Shown here: in pieces, positions 51,195 to 63,962 of the stretch
Layout: every line of letters starts with the position of its first letter
Numbering within the stretch: the stretch's first letter is position 1
Assembly (NCBI GenBank): GCA_951406725.2
Contig: OX597827.1
Span: 38,316,001-38,380,000, forward strand
DNA: 64,000 nt
Source: Octopus vulgaris
Taxonomy: Eukaryota
Direction of reading: 5' to 3'
Position numbers and translations under genes: made by a program
The notes under the pieces: model-generated
The model's input: the letters and a program-made list of their open reading frames with translations, nothing else
Databases searched by the model: none
Told to the model about the DNA's origin: nothing

Positions 51195-52700
51195 TGATAA
51201 TGAAGTTTAGCATTGAAAACAATCCTGAAGGATTGCAATTATGGTTTATTTTTGATGTGTGCAGTGATATGTCATGCTGTTTAAAGGAAGATAAGATTTG
51301 CATGGCCTCACTGAAATGTGGTATCATCTGCATAGATGTGTCTGTTGGAAGTGACAGCACATAGGTTACAGATGTATAGGTATTGGGGAGATATTGGAGA
51401 TATCCAATCACTGGGACATACCAGACTTGATATAGTGAGTGGGTCAGAGAGATCTCCATTAGCATATGATGGCTATGACACAATCTGACAGAAACCTACC
51501 AATCCAAGAGAGCAGAGGGGAACCCAGGCTGGCAATTTGTGTGCCACAGTTGAAAGCTTTATTGATACCAAGGAATAACAACAACAACACTGCTTTTATC
51601 AAATTTGCCAATGTTATGTTTTAATACAGCATTATCAATTTACTTGAATGCCAACTAACCAAAAATGGAGTGAATATGTGAGCAATATATACTCAAAAAT
51701 ATACGCTGATTAAAGCAGAACCCAAAAATCCATGTGCAACACAAAGCAGTGTGCAAATTAGAACTATTAGTTGTACAAATTAACAAAATACAAATACAAA
51801 AGTCACCAAACTCAGTTCGATACCTACTCAGAACTGAAATAGAGCAACATAACAGCCAAGAACAAGAGTTTGCTGGTGAATGACATCAGAGAGTAGTGTG
51901 GTTTATGAAAGCCATAAGCAAGGAAAGGGATTCAGTGTGTTGGAGAAGGTTACTCTCAATGGCTGTCTTCTATAACTTTTGAGTTATTAGAAGTAGTGAG
52001 TGTGGTAAGATAATAGTTAGCAGAATCCAATGATTTACTATTCTTGAGAATGAGCAGGGCAGGAAAATTAACCATTGAGCAAAATAAGTATACACATAAT
52101 GCATCAAGAGAGGTGGGGTGTTTGTGTACAAAAATAGTAAATGGTTCATGGCACAAAAGAAACTCGCTAAAATAATATTCAAAGTGGTTTATGTGATTGG
52201 AAATATAATTTTAAAGTGTTTGTGGTGTCATAGTGAGGATCTGATCAAAACCTTCGCAATTACAAAAAGTTAAAAACTTTTCAAATATAAATGATTTGGA
52301 AGTATACAAAAGTAACCATTATTTTCCATCTTGCTGCAAGTTTTGTTTCATTTTGAAAAATTTTTTTAAAATTATCTTATGGTTTATTATTGTTTATATT
52401 TTGAATTATATATAGGGGAGGAGGGCACCAAAATCTTTTAAGTGCTAAGGGCCTATATGGGTTTTAATCTGGCTTTAGGAATGAAGCACACTGTAGCAAG
52501 TTTCAAAGATTGGGATATATCTCTGTTGAAAAAGACAGAGGTTGAAGAGTTTGCTGAGGACAAGGTTCACTGTGCTTTATATTTATGTAATCAAGGTAAC
52601 ATTATTGGAGTCTATGACCCTGTTGGTTTTGTGTAAGTAAAAGTACTTTCACACTTGTTAGGGAGTATATGGGGCTGAGACTGGAGTGAAAGGGGATAAT
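51195..52700 (-). pseudogene. Decayed CR1/Jockey-group LINE reverse transcriptase, interrupted by an hAT-like MITE
   Basis: Minus strand, in order: SKLFNLC-like region (about 52530-52570), LILKNSKSLDSANYYLTTLT..SKVIE (decayed PKK..DPSNYRPISLT), AYGFHK, INKSFQLWH, and YADD at 51323-51334. Confidence 0.7.
52055..52478 (+). mobile_element. hAT-like non-autonomous DNA transposon (uninterrupted copy)
   Basis: Colinear with 13656-14420; cagggc...ttaa / ttaatctggct-type ends. Confidence 0.65.
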
Positions 52701-53726
52701 TTTGGAGGGGACTTACAATACACCAAATATTTTTAACAATTTTTGAATACTATTCTTTATAATTTTTAATTATAAAAATACAATGGAATTTTTTTAAACA
52801 GTGAATGGTTATGACAGTCCACCTTAGTAAAATAGGAATCAAAGCAGTCTACAAAAAATGGTTGAGAAACAATGATGTAGGGGATGGAACTAATTGATGT
52901 AGAGAGTTGATAGTTGATGTGTATTTGTCAGTTTGTTTGTGTGCGTATAATCTTGACTTTTTATATATCTAGGAATCCATCATCCAATGTATTTTTTGTT
53001 TTTTTGTTATGCTTAAGAAGGCAGGTTGTGATTTGAGGAAGATCAGTCTGTTATTTTTAGTAAGTTGGGTTGACTCCAGTACATTTCACTATTGTGAGGT
53101 ATTAGTTCCTGCAGTGTATGTGTCACTGTGTGTTTGTGTTTGTGTATTTTGTGGCATGTGTATATGCTGTGTTTGTGTTACTGTGTGTGCAAGTGTGTGT
53201 ATCTTGTGGCATGTGTATGTGCAGTGTTGTGTCATTTTATGTGTATGTGTGTGTAGTCTGCATGTAGTTGTACAATACCTCTGTTGTCATGTTTTCAGTG
53301 TGTGTGTGAAAGAGAGAGAGAGAGGGACCATCGCATTTCCTCTTCACTGTCGGATTTGTCCCATTGTATCTAAATAGTTGTCTAATGTTGATAGTTGTGT
53401 ACTCTAAGGATGACACCCTCAGGTTAAAGGTCAACTGTTAAATGCTTCATGCACTCAGAACACATCCTGCATGTATAGAAGAAGGCTTGTGTCTGTAGGT
53501 GTCTGTGTGAGAATGTGTGTGCGTATGTGCATAGGTCTTCTTGAATTGTAATTTAGATGTTTCCAAAACCCTGTTGACCCTACAATGGCATCCACACATG
53601 AGTGTCTACCCCCCCCCCCCACTGAATATGTTTCCACATAACTTCCAGAAAGAATGGATATTTTTTAATGAAAATTTTGTACTGGTACACTTCAGATGTG
53701 TAGATTACAATTATATTGGAACTTGT

Positions 53727-53942
53727 GGGCGGTGTGCTGGCAGAAACGTTAGCAGGCCAGGCAAAATGCGTAGCCATATTTCGTCTGTCATTACTTTCCG
53801 AGTTCAAATTCCGCCAAGGTCGACTTTGCCTTTCATCCTTTCGGGGTCGATAAATTAAGTACCAGTTACGCACTGGGGTCAATGTAATCGACTTAATCCC
53901 TTTGTCTATCCTTGTTTAGCCCCTTGTCGGTAGTAAAGAAAT
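53727..53942 (+). mobile_element. SINE family B, variant tail, young
   Basis: CpG-rich near-consensus copy. Confidence 0.9.
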
Positions 53943-54737
53943 ATATATTGGAACCTCTTGGTGAAAAACTTTTTCCAAGGGTGAGGTAAGGAGTTTCAGG
54001 AAATTCACACAAGTCCTCATAACTTTTAGAAAAAATGGGTAATTTTTTAATGAAATTTTCTAAAAATACCTTTATATTGGAATTTAATATGAAAAAAAAA
54101 AGGAAAAAAAAAACATCTAGTGGGCCCATACACATAAAGGCTTTTTAGTGGGTTGATGCTCGGCTGCAATTTCATTGAAAAATATTTTTTCCTATAAGCT
54201 CCAAGGTCCTATAAGTCCAAGGTCACTCTTGATCTAGCAGATCAATGATAAAAGATTGTTTTGGTAGTGATATCCATGTTTTAGGTTGTTTTTTTTTTCC
54301 TCCTTCCAAGTATAGTATATGTAGAACAAAATTACTCAATATGTCCTTCCTCTTTTGATAAGATTCTGGTATGTGGAAAGAGATTTATCTACTATTTGTA
54401 GCAGATCGTGGAACCACAAAGGGACTATCGCATGGCCTTGCTTTTTTTTAATACCTAATAAATAAAGGAGGATGAGAGAAATTACTTATGTCCTTTGTTG
54501 ACTCTTCTAAACTTGAAAAATTGATATAGTTAATGACCTGTCTGTATCTTTTTTCAGTCATAAGACTGCAGTTATTCTGGGGCACCACCTTGAGGTTGGT
54601 ATCCACATATAAAAACATAGGTAGGTAGGAAACTATGAGCTGTGGGGTTGGGGTCTCATGTCCAGTCTGGATGGTTGCAACAGTGTCATCTCTACTAGCC
54701 ACTAAAAAAAAAAAAAAAAAAAAAAAATAAAACGACA

Positions 54738-54979
54738 TTAAAACCCTTTTGTTACCTTATTCCTATTGAAACACACTGTCTTCGTTTCAATTAATTTTGA
54801 AAATAATGAAGAGTTTTGTAAAATACATTAGAATAGCTTAATCATTTTTAAGCTTATGTTTGGAACAGAAATTAGAATTAAATTTTCATTAAAGTTTTTA
54901 ATTTAGATGATTTTGCAACAGGGGGTTTGTATCATAGAACCAGGAGCAGTCTTGAGCAGGTTCATACCAAAAGGGTTAA
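54738..54979 (-). mobile_element. piggyBac-like MITE family F
   Basis: aacccttttgttacc ... ataccaaaagggTTAA. Confidence 0.8.
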
Positions 54980-55202
54980 GCAGATAAATATTCCCCTGGA
55001 TTGTATGGCTCTCTCCAAAAGATTTTCCCTACAAACAGCTCCAACATGATCAACTGAGGCAATACAGAACAAAAAGATTCTCCCTCACTGCCCAAAAGAG
55101 TTTATTTTGTTAATCTTCAATTTTCATTAGCTGATAACATTGTGAACATCACTGGACAAAGTGCTCAGTGATATTTTTTCCAGTTACAATATTATATTCT
55201 GT

Positions 55203-55544
55203 ACATTATTTACATTATTTATATTTGACGGATATTTGTCCTCATCTTGTTTGTTGTTAACACAACGTTTCAGCTGATATACCCTACAGCCTTCATCAGG
55301 TGTCTTGGAGAAATTTTGAACCTGGGTTCTCATTCCTAAGGTATTTTTTGATGTTGTTATTATTATTATTATTAAGGTCACTGCCTGGAATCGAACTCGG
55401 AATTTTGGGGTTAGTAGCCCGCGCTCTTAACCACTACGCCATATGCCCGTGGGCAAGTTGAGGACAGATATCCGTCAAATATAAAAAATGTAAATAATGT
55501 AAATAATGTACATAATTCCTCATCTCTTAAATATAGAACTATAC
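55203..55544. mobile_element. Family G hammerhead retroposon: inverted monomer plus direct 3' end, 10-bp TSD, inside an old SINE B
   Basis: Minus monomer 55203-55454 (A-box tggcgtagtgg, B-box gttcgattcc) and plus 3' end 55455-55544. TSD tatattctgt at 55193-55202 and 55545-55554. Confidence 0.85.
55259..55304 (-). ncRNA. Minimal type I hammerhead ribozyme motif (family G)
   Basis: gacac-CTGATGA-a-ggctg[tagggtatat]cagct-GAAA-cg-TT-gtgtt; 5-bp stem I gacac/gtgtt. Confidence 0.72.
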
Positions 55545-56049
55545 TATATTCTGTGTTTGAATGTTGCAGATGTTTGGTTTTGTCTTTTGTATTTCAGGAG
55601 CTCGATAAAATAAGTACCAGTTGGGTACCAGGGGCGGTGTAATCAACTTCCCCTCCCCTTAATATTACTAGCCTTGTGCCAGATTTAGAAAGAATTTTTC
55701 TTTGTTTCTTTTTTAAAACAAGTTTTGCTGTCCCTTTCACTTTTGCTTTTATTTCTGTCTTGTCTTTCTTTACCTCTCTTTCTCATGTTTCTCTCTCATA
55801 TTTTCACTTACATTTTTTTTTCTCACTGTTCCTTTTTGTTCTTTTTTCCTCTCCCATCATTCTTACCTCCACCCTTATTTCTTATCCCTATTTGCTCCAC
55901 TTCCTCTTCTCTCATTCTCTCACTTTATGTTTCACATTATTTCCTCCTACCTGTTCTTTTTCTGGTCATGGTTAGGTACCGGCCAAGAAGCGGGACTTTC
56001 ATATAATTCTCTGTATCCGTCCTCTCTCCAAAATGTGTAGCCTTTTTGC

Positions 56050-56480
56050 AACACGTTAGCATTCAGATTACTTTGTCAAATGTAATGCTTATTTATACAC
56101 ATTCATCATCATCATCATCATCATCATCACCACACCATCACCACCACCACCACCATCATCATCGTTTAACATCTGTTCTCCATGCTGGCATGGTTTGGAT
56201 AGTTTGATATGGAGCTGGCTAGCAGGGAGTTGTCCAGATTTCAACTCTGTCTGTTGTGGCATGGTTTCTATGGCTGGATGCTCTTCCTAATGCCAACCAC
56301 TTAACAGATTGATTTAATCATGTATTATCTTGTAGCTATGAGATTTCAGTGATGTGACTGTATATTTTTTGAATGTCCATTATAGGGTAGGTGTGAGAGG
56401 CCAAATCTGGCCAACTGGAACACAAAACAGGTAGAATATTTTGACCAGATATGACCAGTTGAAATACTAAAGGATTAAAC
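56050..56480 (+). mobile_element. MITE family E interrupted by a family D element (about 56104-56305, minus)
   Basis: Family E halves flank a (CAT)n-tailed family D copy. Confidence 0.75.
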
Positions 56481-56779
56481 CAGTGTTTCTCAAGCATTTT
56501 TTAAACTTATGGATCCCTTGGATCCCCATAGCCATTTGATCTTTAAAAACTACTTTCATAGAAACTTCCTTCAAAATTCATATTTTGTTTTCCACACATG
56601 AACTTTTATGTAGGTTGAATTATGTAAAATGTTAGAGAAAGAAAACCTAGTTGTATGCAATACATACATCTAAAGCAAACATTTTTCAGGGGTCTTTAAA
56701 ATACTATTGTGGATCCCCAGTTTATTATTTTGTTACTTTGACCACCACAAATCTTACTGGGATCAGTTAAGAACCATTG
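56481..56779. mobile_element. hAT-type MITE with 8-bp TSD
   Basis: TIRs cagtgtttctcaa / ttaagaaccattg; flanked by gattaaac (56473-56480) and ggttaaac (56780-56787). Confidence 0.75.
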
Positions 56780-56865
56780 GGTTAAACATACCACTATATT
56801 GCAGATGTAGAATTAGCAATAAGACTACTAATTAAACTAACTTAACCATTTTTTTTCTCTTTCAG

Positions 56866-56894
56866 AATTCTACAGAAATGACCATAATTGGGAA
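56866..56894 (+). other. Candidate 29-nt micro-exon
   Basis: Branch-point-like actaac/ttaac, ttttttttctctttCAG acceptor and GAA|GTAAGT donor; contains an ATG at 56878. Confidence 0.45.
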
Positions 56895-57049
56895 GTAAGT
56901 GACTGAGATTTATGAGAAAAACAGCAGAGACCATGAAAATATTTATTGGCCTAGGAGGGACTATACAATGACAATAATTTGTGAAAGAAGTCTCCATCTG
57001 GGCCACAATTTAACAGTATTTTAATACAAGTAAGTGTAGTGTTTTGCAT

Positions 57050-57680
57050 GTCTTTTCTGTTTTATTCCTTTTGTCTGTTGAAATACGCTACCTTTGGTTT
57101 TGAAAATAATGAAGAATTTAGTAAAATAACTTTGTCCTTATTAAGTTGGTGTTTCATACAATCCTTATCATTATTATCGTCATCATTATTTTAAAGTCCA
57201 CTTTTCCATGTTTGCATAAGTCGGACAGAGTTTATTGAGCCAGATTTTCTATAGCCAGATGCCCTTGTCACCTCTTTCCAAGCAAAGTAATATTTGCCCA
57301 AAGCCAGACGTGTTCTTGCAGAATATTGGAAATTAATGATACTGCTTGTATGACATTGACTTTCATTTACAACTGTCACACGATCCCAAGGCAAGGAGAC
57401 ATAAAGACACACACACACACACATACAATGGGCTTCTTTCAGCTTCCATCTACACATTTATGTGTAGATGGAAACTGGAGTTATAGCAGAACAACTTGCC
57501 CAATGTGCCATGCAGTGGGACTAAACCTAGAACCATGTGGTTGGAAAGCAAACTTCTTACCACACAGCCACGCATATACATATTTAACATGAAGTTTTGA
57601 TGAAAGGTTTTCAACTTTGATCTCTTTAAAACAGGTTGTTTTTATCAGAGAACCAGGGGTGGTATCAAAAAGTTTTAATT
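57050..57680 (-). mobile_element. MITE family F interrupted by family D (about 57170-57400) and SINE A head (about 57405-57573)
   Basis: Family F halves flank the D and A fragments. Confidence 0.65.
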
Positions 57681-58158
57681 CTAATTTACTCTTTCACATA
57701 CATTTACTGCTTCTAGCCAGTTGAGTGTGACCAGCCAGTGTTAAAAATTAAATTTATAAAAAGAATGTAAATGGATTTGTCATACACGAAAAACTGTGGT
57801 TGATGATTAGGGCTTCCAGCCATTGAAACCATGTCTTGCTTAATTGAGCAATTTGTGGACCCCAATTCTAAGGCTATCAGAGGTAATTCAAACCATCATG
57901 ACCCCTTGTATCGATGCCAACATGCAAAGCAGATGTATACTGATAGTGATGATGAGGACTAGAGAGGAACACATAGGAAGAAGTGATGAAGGCTGATCTC
58001 ATTTTGTCAGCCCCAAAAGGATTGAAAAGCAAAATGAACCTTGGTGGGATTTGAACTGGGAATGTTAAAGACAGGCTAAATGCTGTTGAGCATTTTGCCA
58101 CAGCGTGCTAACATTTCTACTAGCTCACCATCTTGTGTATTTTCTATATTAACGTGAG

Positions 58159-58216
<58 letters not shown>

Positions 58217-59095
58217 ATTATTTACATATATTCTGGCAGCTGCCAGTGTTGGTTTTGATGATCCAATAATGAATAATGATAGCTTTTGAGAGATGAGCAA
58301 GGAGGGGAAAAGGTTGTGGGTGTGTCTGAAAACCGTGACCATTATTATTAATTCTGTGTTCCAATCTAGGTCTATCTCACTCTACCATCTTTTTAGATTC
58401 TCAATGATTGCTGTGTTTAGTTTGTGTTTTTTTTTGGGGGGGGGGGGTATTTTTACAAACCACCACCATCACTACTATCACCATCACAACAATGAAAGCA
58501 ATAAAAAAAACTAACTTTTTTTTCTGTTCTATTTGACAATAATTTTTTTCATTGTTTGACGCCTCTACCACTACCACCATCACAACAACAGTAATTCTTT
58601 CTTTTTTTTCTTTCTCTCTGTTTGACAACCACAACCACCAGCACCACTACCATCTCCATTACCATCACAATTGATACAACACTAGTTCTTGTTCCTCACC
58701 TCCTCCAAATAACAACAATCACACCACCACCACCACCACCACCACTACCACATCAACCATCACCTCCACATAAACCACCACCACCCCATCAACAATATCA
58801 CTAATTATATATATATACTCACACACATATTACATACACACACACACACACACATATATTACATACACACACATATTACATACACACACACACACACACA
58901 TACAACTCATATTTACCTACATTTCACAAAGTCTGTCTGTCTATCTCCCCCACTCTCTCTTTCTTTCCATCCCCCGTCCCTCTTCTCCCTTCTAGCTTTA
59001 TTGAATTAAAACTAATTCATTACCATAATCAAATTGTTGCTTAATTAGCTCTTAATTTGATATTTACATTTCTACAACTTGTCTTCATGGCAACC

Positions 59096-59139
<44 letters not shown>

Positions 59140-59591
59140 AGAACAGACAGACAGACAGACAGTCAGACAGTTGAGTCATGAAGATACTTTAATCTTTTAA
59201 TTTAGTATATTGTTCCTTTTTTTCCTTGTTTGGTCTCAGCCTTTTTCCTTCTTTTTTTTTTAATGAAGCTTGTTAATTTAAGACACGTGTGCTATATAGT
59301 TTTACAATTTTTTCACCCCCCCCCCTTTAATCTGATTGCATGGTATTACTATTGTTGTTGTTGTTGTTTTTGTTATTTCCCTTGTCATCATTATCACTAT
59401 CTTTGCCATTTAGCAACAAAGCTTAACATACAAATGTAATTTTAACTTTATTGTATTTATGTTATGTAGCCCCAGGCCAGGTTTGATAAAACAGGCCAGT
59501 GATCAAAATGATCAAAGGGTTTTTCCGGCTATGACCCTTATTTATTTATTTATTTATTTATTGACAGTCTTATTTAATGTCCCTTTAAGAC

Positions 59592-59805
59592 AAGCAAGCT
59601 GGCAGAATCATTATTCGCATGCCAAATAAAATGCTCAGTAGCCTTTTGCTCATCATTACGTTCTGAGTTCAAATTTCACCAAGGGCAAATTTACCTTTCA
59701 TTCTTTTGGGACAAAATAAATACCAGTTCTGCACTGGGGTCGATATAACTGACTGGCTCCCTTCCCCAAAAATTTCAGACTTTGTGTCTATTATAGAAAC
59801 GATTA
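59592..59805 (+). mobile_element. SINE family B
   Basis: Family B motifs. Confidence 0.8.
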
Positions 59806-60031
59806 TTAAATGTCCCTGTGTGTGTTTGAAATGCAAAATTGAAGGGCAGTTCAATTGCTTTTTCAACACAATTTGAATGAGTGTCTTAAATCTCTATCAT
59901 TTTATATACTGATAATAAATATAAAAATTATGAATTGAAAATTTAAGAAAATTTAATTACTTAAGCCCTCCTCCCCCTATTTAGTTTTTCTCCAGAGCTT
60001 ATTTGTGTTCTATTGTCCATGCACACCAATA

Positions 60032-60470
60032 TTCTTTTCTACTCTAAGCACAAGACCTGAAATTTTCTTGGGAGTGGGGCGGGGAGTCAATTAGAACAAC
60101 TCCAGTATGCAACTGGTACTTAATTTATTGACCCCCAAAAGGATGAAAGGCAAAGTTGACCTCGGCAGAATTTGAACTCAGAATGTAAAGACAGACGAAA
60201 TACCGCTAAGCATTTCGCCCGGCGTGCTAACGTTTCTTATTTCTTTATTGCCCACAAGGGGCTAAACATAGAGGGGACAAACAAGGACAGACAAAGGGAT
60301 TAAGTCAATTATATCGACCCCAGTGTGTAACTGGTACTTAATTTATTGACCCCAAAAGGATGAAAGGCAAAGTCGACCTCGGCGGAATTTGAACTCAGAG
60401 CTTAACGGGCAGATGAAATACTGCTAAGCATTTCACCCGGCATGCTAACATTTTTGCTATCTCACCACCT
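60032..60470 (-). mobile_element. Tandem dimer of young SINE family B copies (two tail subfamilies)
   Basis: 60236-60470 (variant tail) is joined directly to 60032-60235. Confidence 0.9.
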
Positions 60471-60593
60471 TCATTCACATTAACATTAAATGTCTAATGG
60501 AGTATGCCTGCCCCATTTATCTTCAGCCTTTGCATGTCGTCCACATTCAGTGCCCATGATGCATTACACTTTGTACACAAGTAACATACAATG

Positions 60594-60630
<37 letters not shown>

Positions 60631-63440
60631 CTGTTGACAACAGGGATAATAGTTCCCTGAACTCTTTCTACCACTTATTTTGGGTACTAATCTTTCAGAA
60701 CACTTACTCCTACAGCTAAGTAAACCACCAAGATAATAGAAGTTATCTTATTCTTGGGCGCCTTCTGTACATTCGAAAGAATTCATTTCATGACAACTTT
60801 TACTACAAAATTCTTATTCTCTGTCAGCCTGCACATGATTTTACTACATTCCTTGTGCACGGACATTTTATAGTAAGTACACCATAAAGAATTCCTGCCT
60901 GTTCCTTTTCTGCATAATCAAGCATGTCAGCATACCAACTAGGAGTAGACCCTACCCTCTCCCATTAACCTTTGTTTTGTTAGGTTTATTTTAGGGTGTT
61001 TCTTTTCTTGGTTTTGCTTCTCGATTTGGAATTTCTTTTCTAAATCTTAAATGGATTCAACTATGAGGACTAGGTTCTTGGAGAACCAAGCCCTGATTTG
61101 CACCTACCTACACACTAAATTCCTTGTTGAATTCATAAATTTGTTAACTCTCACCTTGCTTATAATGTCTCAATACACAATTTGCAATATTCTTGCAAAC
61201 CATTCATATGAAGCTAGTTTCCTTAATGACCGCCAAATTATAAAACATGGTATCTTGTGAAAGGCTTTCTCCAGGTCAACAAAAGTCAGCTAAAGTTCTT
61301 GCTCTTAGCTAAGAACATCATCATCACTATCATCATTTAATGTCCTTCTTCGATATTGGCATGGGTTGGATGGTTTGACAGGAGCCTGCACCAGACTTTT
61401 GTGTCTGTTTTAGCAGGGTTTTTATGGCTGGATGCCCTTCTTAACACCAACCCCCCAGCAGAGTGAAATGAGTACTTTTTACTTGGCACAAGCACAGGCA
61501 ATGTCAGTTTTGGCATGGGTTTTACAGCTGGATGCCCTTCCAAATGTTAATCACTTTACAGTGTGAACTGGATGCTTTTTTACATGGCATCAGCACTGGC
61601 AGGGTCACCAAGTAACTTGCAAGACAAAAGATCCTTTGAAAGGGGTGAGGGCATTTGAGGAGGTGATTTTGTGTCAGATGATAAAATGTTATGAAAATGA
61701 TGAAAGTGAGACAGAGAAACAGAAAGGTGTCTTGCTGTGGAAGAGGTCCATGGTTATCTAACCAGAGAGAGAGGGAAATTGATCAGGAATGAGGACAGAA
61801 ACAGGTGTGCGGTTGTAAAGGAGATACATGGTTACCCAGCCAGAAGGAAAAGCAGGAGGAAAGAGAAGAGAGAGAGAGAGAGTGGGAGAGAACAGGAGAG
61901 AGATGGTAGCAAAGTGCCAGGCATACTCAAAGGGACAGGGATCAGAATATAAATGGGATGGTCGAATAAAAGGAGAGATAGATGGGGACAAGTGCCAGGG
62001 CATACCCTTGAGGTACAGAGGTAATGATATAAGTGGCAGGACATTGCCAAAGAAGCATGAGTAGAGAGTGGGGGAAGAGAATGCAGTGAGTGATGAAAAC
62101 CTGGGTATATAGAGGGGTGGGGGCTACTGGATAGCAATGATACAGTGAACAGGGCTGTGAGGACAGGTTTGGAGAGTGAGAGGTAAGCATAGTGTATGAA
62201 AGAAGATGTAAGGAAGAGAAGAGATGTAATTTGGTTTGTTGGAGTAGGATGTGTGAAAAGTTTTCTTGTTACGTGTGGGTGGAACACACAACATTTCTAG
62301 AACTTTATTTTGCTGACGTGGGTGGTTCTTCTCAAGGACCTCATATCACCAGACTTCTCAGTCCATTGCCATTTCCTCTGTGAGGTCCAATATCCTGAGA
62401 TTGGTCCTTACCACGTCATTCCATGTCTTCCTGAGTCTTCCTCTTCCATTGGTACCATCAACTTTCCGTGATCGGCACTTCTTTATTCAGCTGTCTTCAT
62501 TCATACGCATCACATGTCCAAACCAACATGGTCTTCTCCCTTGCATACTGCATTTTATTCCTTTTATGCCCAACTTTTCTCTCAATACTTTTGCACTTTG
62601 TCATACAAGCATACTGAGGTTGCACATCCAACAGAGCATACTGCCTTCATTTCTCTCCAGTCTACACGTCTTCTGCGTAATTGTCAGCCTAGGTAGAGAG
62701 CATCAGTGGTACTATGTCCTGGCACAAACCCAAACTACATCTCATCTAAGCTAATTCTCTTCCTAATTAGTTTTGGTATAACTTGTTCTGTTACTTTTAT
62801 AACTCATTCCATTAAGGTGATGTCTTTGTTGTTGCTGTTTTTTTTTTCTAGAGCATTTCCTTTACCATTGTAATACTTGACGATGATACTGTTACACTAA
62901 TTATTGGATATGACTTCTCCCTGTACTCATTGATTGACTATACAAATGACTAGCATATGTCCTATTTCGCCTGATATTTTCAACAGCTCAGCAACTATCC
63001 TTGATAGCGCAGTTGCCCTCCCTTCATTCACATCTGTAATCTTACTTTTGATTGGGTAACTGGTCCCTCTATATAGCTGCTACTTACCTCCTTTCAAAGT
63101 AACATTTCCATGCTTCTTCTTGACATCAGTAGAGTGAATGTGCTGCAGTCATTTCATACGCACTTTTCCTCGACAACATCTTGGTCTGCACTAACATCTC
63201 CTTTGTGGTTCCGAACCCCTCGCACCTCTGATTCTCTCCTCACAAAATATTGGAAAACCTCTCATATTCAACTTCCCTGTGTTTTACCTAACATATAGCT
63301 CCTCTTCTTGTTACCTCATATTCCATTCTCTCAACTTTATTCCAATCCTTCCCTGGGACTGTCTTTGAACTTTTATGGCTCTGACTACAGTACCACTTCA
63401 TTACCACATCATCTTCACTCTGGTTGGAACATTGCTCCAT
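60470..63440 (-). pseudogene. Old RTE-clade LINE (about 63440-62670 and 61317-60470) split by a second RTE insertion
   Basis: Minus-strand remnants in order: IVAELLK; CNSIIVKYYNGKGNALE; DEM*FGFVPGHSTTDA; then after the insertion FLAK...VDLEKAF; Cys-rich VHKEC...RLTENKNF; WALNVDDMQRL. Confidence 0.75.
61318..62670 (-). mobile_element. 5'-truncated RTE LINE with long 3' UTR ending in the family D tail and (TGA)n
   Basis: WFGHVMRMNEDS*IKKC...GRGRLRKTWNDVV at about 62410-62530; 3' end ...gaagggcatccagcc...ccaacccatgcc...ggacattaaatgatgat at 61318-61450. Confidence 0.75.
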
Positions 63441-63539
63441 TCCACAGATCTGTTCTATGTCACTGAACAGTTTGTCTCATAGCAACCACCAGCTGCCCAA
63501 TATATCATTAAGTTTCTATCTCCTCTTTATTGGCATATA

Positions 63540-63854
63540 GGTGCGTGGCTATGTGGTTGAGACATTTGCTTCCCAACCAATAGGTTTGAGTTCAGTCCCA
63601 CTGCATGGTGCTTTGTGCAAGTTTGTTCTTCTATAATCCTGTGCCAACCAAATCCTTGCAAGTGGATTTGGTATGTGGAAACTGAAAGAAGCCCATCATG
63701 TGTTGCATGTGTGTGTGTGTGATTGCGTGTGTACCGATAGAATAAGTACTAGGCTTAAAAAATAAATAAGTACTGGGATCAAGTCCTTTCACTAAAAATT
63801 CTTCAAGGTGGTGTCCAGCATGGCCGTATTCTAATGACTGAAACAAGTAAAAGG

Positions 63855-63855
<1 letters not shown>
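63540..63855 (+). mobile_element. SINE family A
   Basis: Family A head and tail. Confidence 0.85.
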
Positions 63856-63898
<43 letters not shown>

Positions 63899-63962
63899 GT
63901 AGGGCATTTCCAGGGAAGTGTTCAACCGAAGTTCTGGGCTATCAACACCGTCAGATTCCAAA

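Noticed and set aside
55376-55454. tRNA gene
   Set aside because: A and B boxes are present but there is no proper acceptor stem; it is the head of retroposon family G.
63895-63962. Possible decayed hammerhead (minus: CTGACGG...GAAC); similar weak string at about 42455-42520
   Set aside because: Too many core mismatches and no convincing stems.
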